Assembly (NCBI GenBank): GCA_002104905.1
Contig: MCFE01000045.1
Span: forward strand, 134,921-198,920
Reading direction: 5' to 3'
Length of the DNA stretch: 64,000 nucleotides
Origin: Basidiobolus meristosporus CBS 931.73
Taxonomy: Eukaryota; Fungi; Basidiobolomycota
Notes under the pieces: generated by a model
Databases searched by the model: none
Told to the model about the DNA's origin: nothing
What the model saw: the letters and a program-made list of their open reading frames with translations, nothing else
In this document: in pieces, positions 61,681 through 64,000 of the stretch
How positions within the stretch are numbered: the stretch's first letter is position 1
Layout: each line of letters opens with the position of its first letter
Translations under genes and position numbers: made by a program

Positions 61681-61923
61681 AAAGTAGTGTGGATGCTTAC
61701 TTTAAACGCTCACTTGTGTATTGTACGGAATATCAACAAACAGCCGCGTGGGAATGGAACATCATAGAAAAGCATTGCTTTGTTGTTAGCAAGTATTGAT
61801 GCGCAAATAGTGGTACTATGTGAATTATTGAGTAACTATTTACTCTAGTTGGTTCCAAGATATTCCTAGACAATATGCTCAAAATCAATATTAGCATTAA
61901 TAGCTTACTCTTTGATCACTAAA

Positions 61924-61962
61924 CCACCGCACCCAATATGCGGTGGCCTTGGTTTTGTCTAG
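61924..61962 (+). mobile_element. Helitron-like 3' terminus (hairpin + CTAG)
   Basis: CCACCGCA-CCCAATA-TGCGGTGG hairpin, then 12 nt, then CTAG. The next base is C rather than the usual T. Confidence 0.35.
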
Positions 61963-62136
61963 CCGTCAAGGAATGAAACCAGAGTACAGTCACAAGAGAG
62001 GCAAAAGTGAAATGTGATGAAGTAAGTGTATATGAAAGTAATATAAATCTACAGGACAGAGGAGAACAACTAGTAGTTAAACAGCACTCACTGACACTCC
62101 ACCAAGTAGAGCACCAACACGGACAATAAACAAGTC

Positions 62137-62598
62137 ATGAGGGGAAAGCTTAAGGACCGCTACTTGGGGATCAAGACCAAAAGAGGAAGCTGCCTCTACC
62201 ATAGCAGTCCTTGCACTCCAAAGGAAGACCAAGAGTCTATTATAGACAAAGATTGCGGCAAGAAGAGCAGTACAATTACCAGTTCAGGTAGTGGTACCTT
62301 TGGAAGTCCCGAATACCTGGAGAAAACTTGGAAAAAATTGGCAGATGACTCAGTTGTCCTGAGGAGAAAACGAACCAATGCGGTTGAGCAGTTCCAAAAC
62401 AAACTTCAGCTTAGTTCTTCTTTGCCTCACTATAAAGTACTCCAAGTGGCTTATTTTGATTATAAGCGTATGAAGGAGAATCAGGCAGAGACTGAAAAAT
62501 TAAGTGATAGTCAATTGCATCACTTCTTAGATCAGGTAGAGAAACAGTTGCACAGCCAAGAGATGGAACAAGAACTGACAATTACAGAAACCAAATAA
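62137..62598 (+). CDS. Hypothetical ORF in repeat-rich region
   Basis: 153-aa ATG-initiated ORF with a helical-looking C-terminus; no family recognised. Confidence 0.35.
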   Translation: MRGKLKDRYLGIKTKRGSCLYHSSPCTPKEDQESIIDKDCGKKSSTITSSGSGTFGSPEYLEKTWKKLADDSVVLRRKRTNAVEQFQNKLQLSSSLPHYKVLQVAYFDYKRMKENQAETEKLSDSQLHHFLDQVEKQLHSQEMEQELTITETK

Positions 62599-62830
62599 TT
62601 TTGCCAATGTAGTTTTGCATTTTAATAAAATAAAAGGGTGTTAATAAGAACAGAATAAAGTTAACTTATGTGTACATCAAATGATTCAAATACTGGCTAG
62701 ATGGATGTTACGTAGGAGCAAGAAGCTCAGTAACCTCAAAGGAAAGATATGATGAATGGGCCACCAACATCATCCAAATGAGTATAAAAGTGGAGAAAGG
62801 AGACATAATCCTTCATAAAAAACAAGAAGC

Positions 62831-63616
62831 ATGGAAGCAGGCAGTAGCCGGGTAGATGCCAGGAGTGAAGGTAGAGTACAAAGAGAGCGAGGAAGGGGAC
62901 AAGGACGCGGAAGAGGATGCGGAACCGGGCGCAGAAGAGGAAGAGGGCAAGGAAGTGGCCAAATCCAAGAGGAGCGTGAAGGAGGTGTTGCAGCAAACGT
63001 GGATGATGCTGAGCAAGTTGCTGTAGTCACTACCAGGCGGCTGGTCAACCAAGTTTCCCAAGCATTGTCAGAGGTTCAACAAGAGCTTCCGGAATATAGG
63101 ACAACATTGCACCATGAGATATTGCGATGAATGTGCCAGGAGATTAAACAGAGGAGGGGTGATATTGTAAAGCTAAATCGGGATATTGCTGGACTTCAAG
63201 CCCAGATTGATTTCAGTTTCCACCATTCTACTGAGGCATTAGTGGCACAAATGGTGGAAAAGTTTGCCTGCATCAGGGCAAGCAATGAGCAGGATGCATC
63301 TTCCGACCCAGGTGTACTTGCAAGCGACAGTATTGGAGGGGATACTACTTCCTCCCTTGAACCTACCACAAGCCAAGAGACAAGAGCAGAATCCTCCACA
63401 ACAATGAGAATGGCCCCCATGCAGGTTGATATGGAAGTGTGCGAAGAAGACGTGGAGAAGCAGAGTGGGGATACTATAGGCCAACCAGAAACTGTAATGG
63501 AGGCGGAGAGACCAAGTCATATTGTCATCTTAAAAATACCACAGGTTGATTCATTGCTATCACTTCCCCCATCATCACTATCTGTGCCCCCATCACCACC
63601 GCCATCCTCTGGCTAA
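62831..63616 (+). pseudogene. Interrupted ORF with RG-rich N-terminus and coiled-coil, probably element-derived
   Basis: ORFs 62831-63130 and 63131-63616 share one frame, separated by a single TGA. Confidence 0.4.
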
Positions 63617-63828
63617 CTTGAGTAAATAAAGAATTTCCACCATCCCAAATCAATGAATTGACAAGTAATAAGTTGAACTGATAAGATTGACGATTTACAG
63701 ACTAATATATGTAAAGTATGTAGTACTTGAGAGCTTTCAAGTTGTGGTGTATTATCAAGTATTCACCGTCACATAAATCACGCAGCAGTTGTTGTATCCC
63801 TATCCCAATGGCATTAGAAGCCAGCAGT

Positions 63829-64000
63829 TACACTTAGGGATAGGGTTAGGGGGGAGGGAAAGTCACCAAAGTAGGTGAAATCTTTATTTGATTTCAGACA
63901 AGTCTAACTACAAATAAAGAAGCCAGCTGGGAATAGAAGATTCCCAAAGTAAAAACTAAGTTGAATATGAATAAATCTAAGCTAAGGTTAAGGCAGTATC
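63829..64000 (-). mobile_element. 3' end of another member of the same SINE/LINE group, running out of the window
   Basis: CACTTAGGGATAGGGTTAGGGGGG tail, TCACC-AAAGTA-GGTGA stem-loop, AAATCTTTATTT and AAAGAAGCCAG shared with the 55.8 kb and 59.7 kb ends. Confidence 0.7.

Noticed and set aside
55826-63850. True telomere or chromosome end
   Set aside because: TTAGGG occurs only as one to three degenerate copies at element ends, never as a long array.

Overview
Eukaryotic DNA from an intron-rich fungus: short GT-AG introns with CTRAY branch sites, and a gene set including SMU1, SDE2, gephyrin, Sts1/Cut8 and a Sel1/Chs4-like protein. An early-diverging lineage, possibly Basidiobolus-like, is my inference only. 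Bases 1-44.8 kb are a dense run of mostly housekeeping genes. An ENA-type P-ATPase pseudogene and a tRNA-Leu(CAG) follow. The main finding is a compact three-gene locus at 49.8-55.4 kb: nicotianamine synthase, a ZIF1/ZIFL/TOM-type MFS exporter and a YSL/OPT importer. The first two share a divergent promoter with duplicated ZRE-like and GATA motifs. This looks like a complete fungal nicotianamine metallophore synthesis-export-reuptake system. The last 8.5 kb is repeat-rich: a CpG-free LINE RT, a gag ORF broken by nested insertions, a probable tRNA-derived SINE sharing a 3' stem-loop and TTAGGG-like tail with the LINE, a 155-bp tandem array and a Helitron-like end. Exon boundaries and counts were read by eye, and no database searches were run.
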